A stretch of DNA of 64,000 bases from Paragordius varius. Its lineage: Eukaryota; Animalia; Nematomorpha. This document shows, in pieces, positions 14,706 through 28,200 of the stretch. How positions within the stretch are numbered: the stretch's first letter is position 1; each line of letters begins with the position of its first letter. The stretch lies in assembly GCA_964247055.1 (NCBI GenBank), contig OZ176055.1:6572001-6636000 (forward strand). Reading direction: 5' to 3'. A program made the translations under genes and the position numbers. The notes under the pieces are model-generated. The model was given only the letters and a program-made list of their open reading frames with translations, had not been told where the DNA came from and searched no databases.

Positions 14706-17700
14706 TTGATTCACAAAAATTTTATTATATAACGCCAGTTAGTGTCAAAAACTGCACAAACATAACGGATGATGGATTAAATACCCTTGGAATCGATCGA
14801 AATTCGAGTGGAACCAGTACAAATACCTCACAATTCAGCACCTCATCTCCTGGGTCATCTACACAAAATTTTTTAGTCACATCAACCATAGAAAAGTCCT
14901 CTCAATCAAGATATTCTACCCATAAATTAACAGTGAAAAGTGAACAATCTTTGAATAATTTTGTTTCCGATAACACGAATGATAATAAACACAAGATACA
15001 TGCCAAAGAAAATACTACTCATTCGTTACAAAGGTTAGATAAATACGGAGATGATAGAAATAAATCCGTCATAAAAAATGCAAAGGGTGGTTCTACCATA
15101 GTCTTTTCTCTAAGTAGTACACCTCCACCTGCTACAAACAATAAATTTGATTCAAACTATAAAGTAAAAATTTAAATGATACAGATAATAATGTAAAAAT
15201 ACTAAAAGACTAATGTTGTTTTTAAAAAAGGGAACATTTTTAAACCTTGACTTTATATATATGTCGGTTAGATACGAAATAGCATACTTACTATATTTCA
15301 ATATATTATTTACAGTTAATGTGGGAAAAAATCAAGATTAAAAAAGAATAGTAGTTATTTTTTTCAAAACAAGTATTTGTCTTTGAGCTTTAACGTTTTT
15401 TGTTTGTCTCTTATATTTCAATTTTTACTGTAAAATAAGGATATTTATCATTGTGGAAGTGGGCCGATAAATGAAAGTAAAGAAGACTACTCATCGTTAA
15501 ATTCGGGTCCCTCAATCCTTTACGATGCATTTATTGATGGTTTGGGCCCCGGGCAAATTGTTGGTCGCGAAATGTTAGCATGTACGGCCCTAGGTGATAT
15601 TTGCCTCTCCCTTTCACAAAACAAAAAAGGTTGTGGCTTTGAATTTTTTTTCATTCAGAATATTTTTATAAATTATTGCTAATTCTGTTTTTGCAATATA
15701 TATAAAATATATTTTATGACATAATATTACTGTTTCTCATATATTAATGAATTTGGGATTCTTGCTTAATTTTATGATCCCGTGCATAATATATGATAAA
15801 ATATAAATGTTTTTCTCCATAAATTGTTAGCTCCCATTCCTGGAACCAATTTATATAACTTGCAAGTTGAGGTGATTCGAGCCAAAGGGCTGACTGCCAA
15901 GCCTAATACTAAACAAATACCAGGTTTTATATTTTGTGATGTGAATTTTTTAGTGTGAATTAAACATATAATCTTATTTTGGTTTTTAATTACTGATGGA
16001 ATGTTTTGCTGTTTGGAGGATGAATTTTTCATATTATATATATTTATTAATTGATCGCGATTTTCTATTAAAATGTTTATTATGTTTAATTTAATCTACA
16101 AATGAATAGCGGCTTATGTGAAACTTTATTTATTGGATGGAAAACGGTGTGTTGCCAAAGCAAAAACCCATATAGCTCAATTAAGATCTTTAGATCCAAT
16201 TTATTATGAAAAGCTGCAAATACCACATGATTACAAGGATAAAGTGTTACAAGTATTTAATATGTGCCTAAATAATTTTTTAATTTTAAATTATATTATG
16301 CATTTAACAACATTTTTAGTCAAATACATAAATTATATAAAATATTTTTATTTTTTTTACAAATTGTCAAATATTTTCTCTAGCAAAAAGGATAGTATCT
16401 TAATCAGGTTTTTTTAAATTTATATAAATTACAAATAGACATATCTCAACAGATGGCTTTGAGCCTGGTAGATGTTGGTCACATAAGGATAAATATTTAC
16501 ATCAACATTTTATGTTAGAAAAATATCCTTCTAATTTATATTTACATTTATCAACATCTCTTTAGCATGTTTGTAATAAATAAATAACAATGTTACTATA
16601 ATTTTATCATTATTTGATTTCAAACATATTTATATGTGAATAGTAAAGACAATTATCCGCTATATGCCCATTCTTTGGGTTTATATATATATATATATAT
16701 ATGCCATCCGTTATATTTATAACTTGATTTTCATACATTTAGGTATCGGTTTGGGGCGAATACTCGAAGCTGGAAAGAAAATGTTTTATGGGCGTTTGCC
16801 AGATTCGATTAAATGAGTTATCCCTTCAAAACTGCAAAAATCTAAAAGCATGGTATATATATACGTGTAATTTAGCAAATATTATATTAATAATAAATTT
16901 AACCCTATTGTAAGAAAGGGCAAATAAACTTAAATGCAATATGTCAACGGGGATTTACGCATCGTTAAATTTGTTGTAGTTTTTAAAATTTGCATATCAC
17001 CATGAGGTTAATATTTTTTAGGTATAAGTTGTATAATCATGCACCAAATCTAAGCGCGCAATCCTATTGTTCCAATACAAACGTGAATAGTATGGATGGT
17101 GTAGCTTTGCTAGACAGCCCTAAAATATCACCAAGTTCCTACAGTACCAATGATAAAATGTCGGATATGCCTTCAAATTCTCCTACACCGGATAAGGGTG
17201 TATCATCGACTGAAAATGATCATAAAAATATTGGTAAATATTAACTTTGATATATGGATATTTAAATTTTTGATTAATAATAAAACGAATGTTTTGGTGT
17301 ATTTTCATATTTTTAATGTTTTTCCATTAATTGGTAATTTTGGACAAATTTTGACGCATAAACGTGCGCGTTTCATCCATTTTTAATTTTTTATATGCTG
17401 ATTTTATTCTCTCTGTTTTTACCTTAGATAAATAAATGGTATTTTACTTTTAATAAATTAACATAATGGCAAACTATATTTTATTAGGTAATAATCATCC
17501 AATACTAAACGATACTGTAAAAAAGCATCATCACCATCATCATAGACACAACAATTTACAAAATGATGGAAACTCATTTTCGAAGAATGACAAGCATTTA
17601 TTACCAGCTCAAACAACTTTTGAGGGAAAAAAGGACCCTAGAAATGGACAGTGTAAGATTGATTCCCATAAATCACATCAAAATAGTAAAGATCATTCCA

Positions 17701-17783
17701 ACAAAAATGTAGTTTTTACCGGGAAAATGAATAAAAATATTAAACTTCATAAACAACATTCCATGTCTTCCGTTGACAAATAA
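2736..17783 (+). CDS. RIM: RIM (Rab3-interacting molecule / unc-10) active-zone scaffold, multi-exon
   Basis: Zinc finger split over exons 3379-3763 (CDICHKTKFADGAGHSCSYCKKTCCSRCGGRV) and 4459-5167 (IWVCLGCRKK...AGDW). PDZ over ~7860-8213 (LGLKIVGGKE...VKRGSLAD) and 8541-8666 (DEIVFWN). A divergent C2A lies near 9700-10140, and GRKLPNI near 12450 resembles the RIM-BP-binding RQLP motif. The RIM signature FIDGLGPGQIVGRE lies near 15530. C2B: LQVEVIRAKGL (~15860), YVKLYLLDGKRCVAKAKT (~16115) and VSVWGEY...FMG (~16743). Last exon stop at 17783. The start ATG (2736) and the low-complexity internal exons are less certain. Confidence 0.95.
10496..10819. mobile_element. MITE, family 1 (TA-flanked, Tc1/mariner-like), in a RIM intron
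   Basis: Imperfect TIR CCATT(C/T)A(T/C)A(A/G)TTCAAA, with TA on both sides and subterminal ~18-bp repeats (AATTCAAATTCACCCT). Homologous to 13071-13375 and 27648-27882. Confidence 0.75.
10992..11118. repeat. Tandem duplication of a ~64-bp intronic unit
   Basis: TAACAATTGGGTGAAATT...CATTTATGTATCT occurs at 10992 and again at 11056 with few differences. Confidence 0.9.
13071..13375. mobile_element. MITE, family 1, in a RIM intron
   Basis: Begins TA|CCATTTACAATTCAAATTCACCC and ends AATTTGAACTGTAAATGG. The interior is similar to 10496-10819. Confidence 0.75.
14658..14704. repeat. (AT)n microsatellite (one of many; others near 27883, 42146, 49958, 63375)
   Basis: Perfect dinucleotide run. Confidence 0.95.
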
Positions 17784-19235
17784 TAACATGTAATTTGTTT
17801 AACCAAAAACTAGTCTATTGAATTTCCATTCGAGGGGGGAAAGAGTGCAATATTTTAATGATGATATAAAACAGTGTATTTTTTATATAAATATTTTTTA
17901 ATTTTTATTATAGATTTCTATTATTATAACACACACAATACTGCATTTAATGGATAAAAATCACAATTTTTAATAAATATATGATCTTCCTATTTTGGTT
18001 GGTAGAATGGTTTTATGTATTTTAATTCAATTTTAATTTTTAATTGACGCAAAAGCAAGAATGGTTGTGTGTTAAAGAGTTAAGTTCAATAAACCATGAA
18101 TATACCATTTGAAAATTAATTAAACAAAATCATTTAAGGGTATTATGCACGTGATACACGATAATATAGTGTTAAATTTATATAAAAGGTGAATCGACAG
18201 ATTGTTGTGAATTTTAATGGACCTTATTAGCTTATATAAACCTTTTAAACCAATATATTGCCTTCTGAAATATGAGATTTTTAATTTGAATCACATACGA
18301 TAATGCAACCAATAGCACCTAATACTTTTTTTCAAGAATTCGACAACGAATTAATTTGGAAATCAATCAATATGCATGCATTAACAATATTCTATTAAAT
18401 TAAATATATGGAAATGTTATCAAAAAGATATTAAAATTAGTAATTTCCATTCTAGCCTATCAGTTTACATAAAACACTTATAAGTTACATTATAATTTGT
18501 TCACATAATGCTATTAGAATTAAATTGACTAATATTTAATAATTTGACATTTGTCCAATCAACCGATAATAAATCAAAAGTATATCCATAGTTTATGCAA
18601 ATATATCACAGTAAATGAGGGTTGGAATGGCAATGTGTAGGATTTGTGCTTATTTTATTTGAAAATTCTCTATATAAATTGGGAGCCAGGATGATTGTGA
18701 TGAGGAGAGATAGAACCGTGAGACTTGTCTTAAACAGGGGTTTCAACACGTTTTTTCTGGTAGCAAAAGTACTATAAAAAAATTCAAAAAATAAAAATTG
18801 GATTTCAATCAAAAATTTACGATTATTAAGAAAATGTATCATTTAAAATTGCGCTTAAAATAAATAAATAAAAGCAAAAATTATCTAAGCACCCTGTGAT
18901 TATCTGTCTTGAAGAGCCCCTTAAATAAACATTCGTATTAATTACTCTGAAGCCTGTCATTTATTTAGAGCTCATGAGATAACTGTGGCTATTCTATTAT
19001 TCAGTCTTACTTAATATAAAGAGCGATTAATTTAATATATTCATATAATATTGTCGCCAAACAGAGCAGGAAAAATAAAATTTTCACCATAAAATCTAAT
19101 AAATTCCATTTATAACTATAAATAAATTTATTATATTAAGTCTTAAATTTTGATAATAAATATTCGTATAAAAATATTGCATATGTGTAGTTGGTAATCA
19201 TCAAATTCGAGTAATTGATAATAGCTATGGAAAGT

Positions 19236-22200
19236 TTAATCAATTTTCCAAACAATCAAATATGGTTGTTGTTGATTATTATGCTTTTTGTTGGAGAGAG
19301 GAACTAATTTAGAACTATGAGTTTTTATATCGCTACTTGCCGTTATATTTAATTCGTTATTCTGCTCGTTTCCATAAGAATTCAAAATTTTTTGCTGAAT
19401 AATTTGTTCTAAAGATGTTTTGGAATTTGCGTCATTTTTATCAGGTGTATGCAAACTGAATTCTTTAAAGTTATGTTGTTGTGATTCAAAATTATTTAAG
19501 GATTTGGACATTTGCAATGATGCACCATCGTTTTCCAAAGAGTAATCATCTATATTTTAATTAAAAAATAGGATAAAGCAGGGACCAGTTTTGATTTTTT
19601 GTGGTTTAATTTTACTTTCTTAAAAAATATGAATTAAGAAACACCCGCTATAAAAATATAAATTTGTTCATAAGACAAAAAATATCTTCTTAAGAATATA
19701 AAAAACCATAAAATTATACCGTTTCGATAATCGATGTAACCTTCGCCCCCAGACACTATGAAGAATGGTTGATTACCTAAATTCGATTTGTCCAAAAATT
19801 ATGTGACAATAAATTAAAAAATTGAACAATCCAAATTTTAACAGAAATACACGTCAATATAAAATTTAAACTATGTCATTTTTCTTGAACCTATATGCTT
19901 TAAAATTGTAAAACTTTACATTAAAAATTTTAAATAATATAGGCGCCGTAGAGAAAATAAGGCTCAATCTATATTAAAAAAATTCAGTATTTTAAATCGA
20001 AATTTATTTATCTTTCCACGTCTTACGCCTTAAATTTTCAATTTTTACAGTATACCAAACTATAAATTATTGGTGGTTTCTCCGTAAAACTACCTTTATG
20101 TTCTTGAAGATGCAATATAAATTTCACAGCATCCCTATGGCCATGAAAAGAAAATTGAGCATCCGAAACATCAACGCATGGAATATCTTTGATAATTAAC
20201 GGGTAAATGGAATTTGTCAAGGGGTCTTGGATAACGTTATCCTCATTATTAAACATACCAGACAACTGACTCATTGTGGTTTGTTCATCTAAATTAAAAT
20301 TTAAATTATTTTTGACAATATACTATATAATATAATGCAATAAATAATTTTTATATGAGCCGGATTGTAGTAATTTTGGGTGACCAGATTAAAATATTTG
20401 TAATTGTCGCAAAAATATCTATATAAAATATTTTTTATGACAGAAAAAATAAAAACTTTATTCAATTCACCAAACAAGGTACATTTTAATATAGTTTAAG
20501 AAACATAAATTTGGAATACTAAAAACAACCAAAAAAGAGTTTTGGCACTTATGTTAAAGAATAATAAAATATATAGAAATGTAACTAACATGATATAACT
20601 ATCCATTATTGTTCTTCGTGAATAGGCATAAAATTAAATGATAATTCCTATATAATAATAATTTACAAAGATTGGCCAACACTAATGTGAATTGGTTAAC
20701 AATAAATTGGCTATACATTTAATTCTGGCTAAATGCTGCTTGCACACAAAAAAGCTAGGAATCTGTTTTACCCTGTTTATTTTTCATACAGATTTGGGAA
20801 AGTATTAACTTCTAATCTCAAAGATTTTATCATACACACGATTAACAATGTTACTAAGTACTGGTCCTTGTACTTTATATAGCAAAAAATAATTTTGTTT
20901 AATTTAATTTTTGCAACAGGATAATTTTTAATTATATGGTAACATCATATTATTAACATATGCCGAATATTTATTTTTTATAAAATATAGTCACCCGTAA
21001 ATGGTAACGATATAATTGATCCCTTAGCCGTTCCAACCCATAATCTTTGTGGAGAAATATTTAGAGTTGTAATCCTATCAAAGTGGGAAAACAAAAGGTT
21101 TGTTTCTGTTTCTAAATTCAAAATAAGTTTTAGATAATTACTTATGAGAATCACCTAAATATTAAGGAAAATATTAAAGAAAAACTCAATATATTTTTAA
21201 TATAAGTTTGAAAAAAAGTATGATAAAAACAAAACGCAAAACTAAGACATATTTTTTTGAAAAAACAGCCATACCTTTCACCCGGATTTATTAAATATAC
21301 ATCCTAAATGATTACTGTGGTGAAATTTATGATTTAGATGGCTTCTAATTTACATCTCTATTCCATTTTTCGCAATCCAAAACTATAGGTTAAATTAAAT
21401 TTAAGGTTGAAAAATTATGGCTATCTTAAAAACTATCATTTTGTTTTAGCTCTTACGCTTTGCCTGTATAATTTTCATAAAGTTAAATTGCAAATATGTT
21501 ACCAATGATAGTTTCAAGAAATGGTTGTAAATCGATCCGCAATAAATGTTGACGAGTTAAAGCGTGAAATAAATTTAAATGGGCACTCATGCGATATGTA
21601 ATCCAAACACCTGCACCATACCACACCATGGCTGCTATATGATTTTCGGGTCTTGGATCAGCTTCAAAAACATCCTAATATATACAGTAAAAATAAAAAT
21701 TATACAAAACTAAAAAATAATTATTTTTGAAAAGATAACCATAATATTTAAACATTCGTCTTTTTGAATATAATTTATCGTATTGGCTGACAAAATAAAA
21801 AATAGACATGTAAATTGGTAACACATTCGAATTATAAATTAAAATGTGAATGTAATTTTAATTTCACATTTTGTATATATAATTTTGATTATGAGTGTAA
21901 AAGGTACTACTATTTAATGCTACTTATATTTAGGGTAGAAAAAGCATACCTAAACCCTAATATTTAAAATATTTGATAATGCGAGTTTAACCGTTAAAAA
22001 AAGTTCTGTTTTACAACATCCAATACGAAGGTTCAATTTTATATTAAAAATTTAAAATATTTTGATTAAGAAAATCCGACAATCACATAATTACACAAAA
22101 AACTTGTACCTAAAAATTAACTGGACATAAATTAATTAACACATAAAATAATACAATTAATTCCGGTAGTTGACATAATTCACTGTTTTTGTGATCTAAA

Positions 22201-25200
22201 GAATGCTTATATTTCGGATCTTTTTGACGTGATTTGCAATCAGAATTAGCATTTAAATCAAAAACATATATGGAAGTTTGAATAGATGTCCATACAAAAC
22301 GATGGCAGACTGAGATAATATGTTTTATTTGATTGTTGCATGTTGAGGAAGAATTTTGAGCAGTTGATTTATATTTGCTGAGATTTTTGGGTGTGTTCAA
22401 CATATTTATGGTTTGGTTAAGGGAACAGAGTGATACAATTAATTGTTGAGTTGTATCCCAAAGACCGTCTGTATATCAAAACAACAATTATTTTTATAAA
22501 CTATAATTTATTACAAATATAAAAATAGATATTCGATTGGATATGTTTGCAATTATATTTAATTATTATGATAAGATGACATATACGATATTCGATTATT
22601 CATTTTATTTATTCGAAATATAGTTGAGAAAAAATATTTAATTCAATGTATATGGAAAATAACTTTTAAACTTCTAAAATTAATTCAAAATTTGCAGTAA
22701 TCTAACCTGAATTTCTTGCGAAAATGGATAGGTTTCCATTGGTCAAACCAAAGAAAATAAGGTTATTAAGGTAGCAGGAACTAACGATAGGGGCGTCCAA
22801 TTTAAATATTTGTATTGGTGTACGCCAACTTCCCGTAACGGAAAGGATTACGACACTAGACACAAAAAAATATTATGGTAAAGAATAATAATAAATATCA
22901 ATACACTAAAATAATTTTCCTTGTAGTTTTAATAAACTATAAAGAATGTGGGATAGAATTCCAATAAATTTCATTAAATAATTACCAAGCTAAATTGTTA
23001 ATATTGTATAATCATAATAAAAATAAAAAATGAGGTATAATACCATCCGGACGTATATGCTATCCACATGGTTGGAAGCAAAAGTGATGGATTAGTTTCG
23101 TCAATACATGAAAGATTTGAAGCAATTATATCACTTCTTTGGGAATCAAAATGCGATGAATTTTCATTGTCATATATTAGGTTGGTTTTTTCCCATTTAT
23201 ACCCTATATTATTATATTAATATTAAGGCACAATAAAAAATTTGAAAATTTTAATACATTTTATTTAAAATGGCAATATAGTTGAAATTTTTTTATTAGA
23301 TGCCAAAAAATCGTGGCTCTTATCTCTATTGTAATCTATAAATGTTAAATGAAAATTGTATGTCACAAAAAATATAATGTACATGTATTTAATTTATAAA
23401 ACCAATTTTGTCAAACCTGCATAGTTTGATATATCCTCGTTCATGCATTTTCCATAATCAACGCTGTAGATTCCAGGGACACTCAATAAACATGTTATTT
23501 CACCGACATGGCATACAAAGTCATTTAGTCGATTTGAAGGGTCTTGCAAACTAAATGATTCTTGTAATTCGCTGGAAAGATCTTTGGCTGAAGACGCATT
23601 AAACGAAATATTTGCGGATAGAAGAAACGAAGATTCATTTAGATTTATAGTTTCACTTTCTTTTGGGTTAGTTTGCCATTTTTGGGATATTTTCAACGGT
23701 GGTAACGTTATGTCTTGGTTTATAATCGATTCAAATGGATTAAACATGTCAATAAGTTTTCCAGGTTGATTGCATATATCAACGATGCAGATGTTAGGAC
23801 TCAATACATCTTTGAGTATTGTCGCGCTATCGAAATCTGAAGTGTCGCCAATATTTATAATTTTTTTGTGCGATGTATATCGCGGAGGGATTCGGTGCCT
23901 AAGTGCAATCCATATCATCGAAGATAAATGTGTTTCATGTTGCATGGATACATTTGAAGTAGAAGAATGTACACCTAATTTTGCTTTGAGTAGCGCTGAA
24001 TTTGCCTGAACAAAAATGATGTAAGAATAGTTTAACTGGTTATTGAAATAAAACCCCATCTCATGATAAGCTTTTTCAAATATACAGCGTCTATAAATTA
24101 ATGAGCTCATATTGACCATCATGCACTTTTCCAAATTTTAGATAAAACCCTAATTTTGAAGTTATAATCGTTCAAGACAGAAAGTTTGTGAAAAATATTG
24201 AACAAACTATCATAATAAGCCAAAAATTATGAAAAAAATAAATTTAATATTATATTTTAATTTTTGTCGAATTTCAGTATTAATTTATTTTAAAAAGGTC
24301 ATTGAAGCGGAGACTTACCCATGTACTTCCCCAATCGGGATCATAGAAAGAGTCCACTCAAATCATAATTTTTTAAATTAAAAAAATGTTTTTTAGTTTC
24401 TTCTTTTTAAGCCAAATAAAAAAGCATTTTAAATAAAACTTTCACAGAAAAAGTATTAAATAACCCATGGTTAAAGGTGAAAACGCATACTTCAATTTCC
24501 TTTTCAAGGGCATGAACGTCTTCAATAACAGGTATACTCCTAGTATTGTGGTCATTGTCTAAAGATGAACCATTTTGATTTTCACCTTGGGATGTTTTGT
24601 ATATTGCTGTTGTAGTCGTTTTTTGATTTAAATAAACATCATAAAAAGTTGAATGTGTACCACACAATTTGCCTCCATCTCTGGTTTCTCCTCCACCGAT
24701 ATTGATTGCACATGCTGTCAGGATCTTAAAGTTAAAAAATAGAAATTAAAAAAATTGTTAAATAAGTAAATTATTTTTTATGCTAAACTATTAAAAAAAT
24801 ATGATCTTAGATTAAAATTTATGATTCATTATATGTAACGAATAAAACCTATAAAAAATTTAATACAAAACAAAATTCATACAAATTAATTCTTAACTAA
24901 CAGATAATAGGCTTTAAAAGGAGATATAGACGATTTACAAAGTCATTTGAAAGAGATGTTTCTAGCGATATTAAATACAAAAGTATCGTTATATGAAGAT
25001 TATAAATTATTACATGTAGTTATTCTTTAATTTTCGCCATTGATATCACTAGAGTTTTTAAAATGACTATTAAATCATTAAAATATTTAGACATATGGCA
25101 AATCAAAGACATAAAAAATATGGAGACTAATATTCAACAACTATCAAGTATGTACAAATGCTTCTTTGATTAATATATTACAGAATTTTTTTCGTTTGCT

Positions 25201-28200
25201 TTTTTACTTAAACGTAAGCGCATTTATGTTGCCAAAAATTTTATTTTCCATTAGTTTAAATATACATAAGTATGTATGAAGCTTTATGTGTAAATTTACT
25301 TTTAACAGTATTAAATTGTATGCATAATAAGTAATATATAATTACCAATTAATATACAAGAGCATATTAAAAAAATGGTTTCTGATACTATGTTTTCTTT
25401 ATTTATTCAAACATAGATTAATTTATCATTAGTGTTGTTTGATAATCTAACTGATGAGCAAAAAAATCAAATTTTATCAAATATAAATTATTTTTTATCT
25501 ATCAATACGATGAATTATAAGTTTTAGTAATAATTTGAGTTTCTGGAATTAAAAACGTTTTTAAATTTATTAGATAGTAAAACTAAAAAAAAAATACCCT
25601 AAGATGTGTTAAATATGGATCGGCCGAAAGTGGTCTGCAATATATAGGTATTGGAAGAGATAATGACGAATGCTCGCTAGTATTTGGCATTTTATAATTT
25701 ATTGATGTTGTTAACGTTGGGGATGATAAACCATTTTCCAATTTTTTCTAAACAGAATATTGAGGTATTGCTTTGTAAATTATATTATTATACCTTAAAA
25801 AACAATATACAATCAAACTACTTTTTACACAGGCTATTATACTCTTTTTTATTGTGACAATTTTTTGTTTAGATTTTCTCCGAAAAATATGCTTTTTGCA
25901 TTTTTATACCGACAAACGATAGTTTAGTGTACATTTTTTGATTTCAAAATATGACTTTGGAGTCAAAAAAAGTTTGTGGGACATCGTGTTATGTTTCGAA
26001 AGATATATACATGATAAGAAGCCGAATAATTGTTTGTCAATGATTTATCTTTACAAGCCAAGGATGTCCTTATATGCCGAGTATGAGTAATTGGGAGACT
26101 CCACCCATAAGCTTGAATTCGTTCAGAAAATGCATTGTAGTTCCCATCATCATCATCGTAAGGCAAAATCTATATTTATTATTTTTATATAAAATATTTG
26201 TTAAAGGATTCAATCATGATTATAAGGTATTATTGCTCTAATTAATAAATTAATCCACAATGTCATTATTTAGACAATTAGTTTAAAATATAAAGAGTTT
26301 TATAATTATGGTAGATCATTTGAGATTTAAAGGTGGACGTACTCTAAACAACATTAAGATCTCGAAATTTTTCTGGGATTAGAATCTAAAAATTTGGCTT
26401 ATTATGGTAAATTATAAGGTCAAAGTGATAAAAAGTGTGTCATTATACAAAGTATTTAAGAAAACAAACTAAGATAGTGAATTGATAATTATAATAAATG
26501 ATGAATAACAAAAACATCAAAAAATGTCGTAAAAAATGGGATAATGTTCAAAAACCAACTTTTTTCCGTTGCGGTATATTTAGCTTTTTATGCAATCGTT
26601 TATGGCGGTTAAAACTGTCATCAAGTGCGCTATGACTATATGGGTTTTCATCTTGATCGGAATAATAAGATACAATATCGATGGCTTTATTTGGATGTTG
26701 AGTTTTCCCAGAATGCAATCTATGTAATCCACATTCAAAAATATTAATAACGTACGTACATGTTAGTTTGTAATTTTTTATATTTCACAAAGATCACGCG
26801 CACATTGTTATAATAATAATAATATTTATATTTAAATGATCTGATCGAAATATATTTTGGCAAATCCGCTAAAAAAATTAAACTTTTCGATAAATAACTA
26901 ACGAGAGCTAAAAATGTATTTGGGTAAAAACGTAAAGTTAACCTATTTATCTTTTCACGTTCGTAGAGTGGATCTCTCTTAGTCCCAGGAATAACACGAT
27001 GCTTGGCAGCATTGTAACGGAAAGTAGGTATTAATTTTTCACCACTGGCTATATGTTACACAATCAAATTAAGTTTATTGATTAAACACACGTATATAGA
27101 TTAAATAATCACTTTTTGGAGAGATATTTTGATTAGCTTTATTTAAGGGAGGAATGTATTCGGAACCAGTACTGCCACCAAACAATTGGCCAAAACTATG
27201 CATAAGATAAAAAAAACTTATATGGTATGCAAAAAAATATTGTAAAACTTTTGAAACGCATTTTAAATTACTTATGATAAAATACTTATGATTAAACACG
27301 AAAATTGGTTAAAAATAATCATTTTTATCATGATAAATATATACAAATTCCATATGGATGAAGAAAGCCCATTGTTGGGTGCATATTTATATGATGGTTG
27401 AATTTCTTTGCGATCCATCGTGCTATCAGTACCTGCATTGGTATTATGCCGGAGTGGTGATAATGATCGTAAACCTCTTTTGAAATGATTGGCTTAATGA
27501 AAAAATAAAATTATTTTTTACTTTGTTTTATGTATACATGATAGGAAAAATCAACTATGATTCTAATATATAACTATACTACAATAGTTACAAGAAGAAG
27601 TGTTGAAAGCAGGGGTGTTGACTCAAAAAAGTTTGGCGGGCCTCATACCATTTACAGTTCAAATTCACTCTTGAATAATTCAAATTCACTAAAATAAATT
27701 GAGTGTTTTTTAAGATTAAAAATTACTAATATATTTTTATATTTTTAAAAAAGGAAAATTTCGTTTAAAATTTAAATAATACTAAAAAAATAATTATGCA
27801 ATTAAGATATTCATATTAATGGTGAATTAATTAGAGCGGAATCATATAAATTATTGTTAGGGCGAATTCGAATTGTAAATGATATATATATATATATATA
27901 TATATAGGCATTCATAAAGCGAATACAATAGAAAGTTTTTTTTAGTTCTTACCAATTAGATATACTTATTTAGAAAATTTGTTTAAGAAATATTAAATTT
28001 ACTCAGATTGTAAGAATAGTTTTGGAAATTATGAATTTCCAAATTTTTCGCGGGCCGCACGCAAAGCCTCGGAGGGCCAATACGGCCCGCGAGGCGTATG
28101 TTGAACACCGCTGGTCTAAAGCCTCACACAAAATTTTGCAGTTAAATCGGACTACCAAGGTTTAACCATTATAAATTTATTTTCCGATGACATGGTCCTC

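Noticed and set aside
18606-18842. 78-aa ORF / C-D box snoRNA-like GTGATGA
   Set aside because: The ORF has no recognisable motif, and no suitably placed D box or terminal stem supports a snoRNA.
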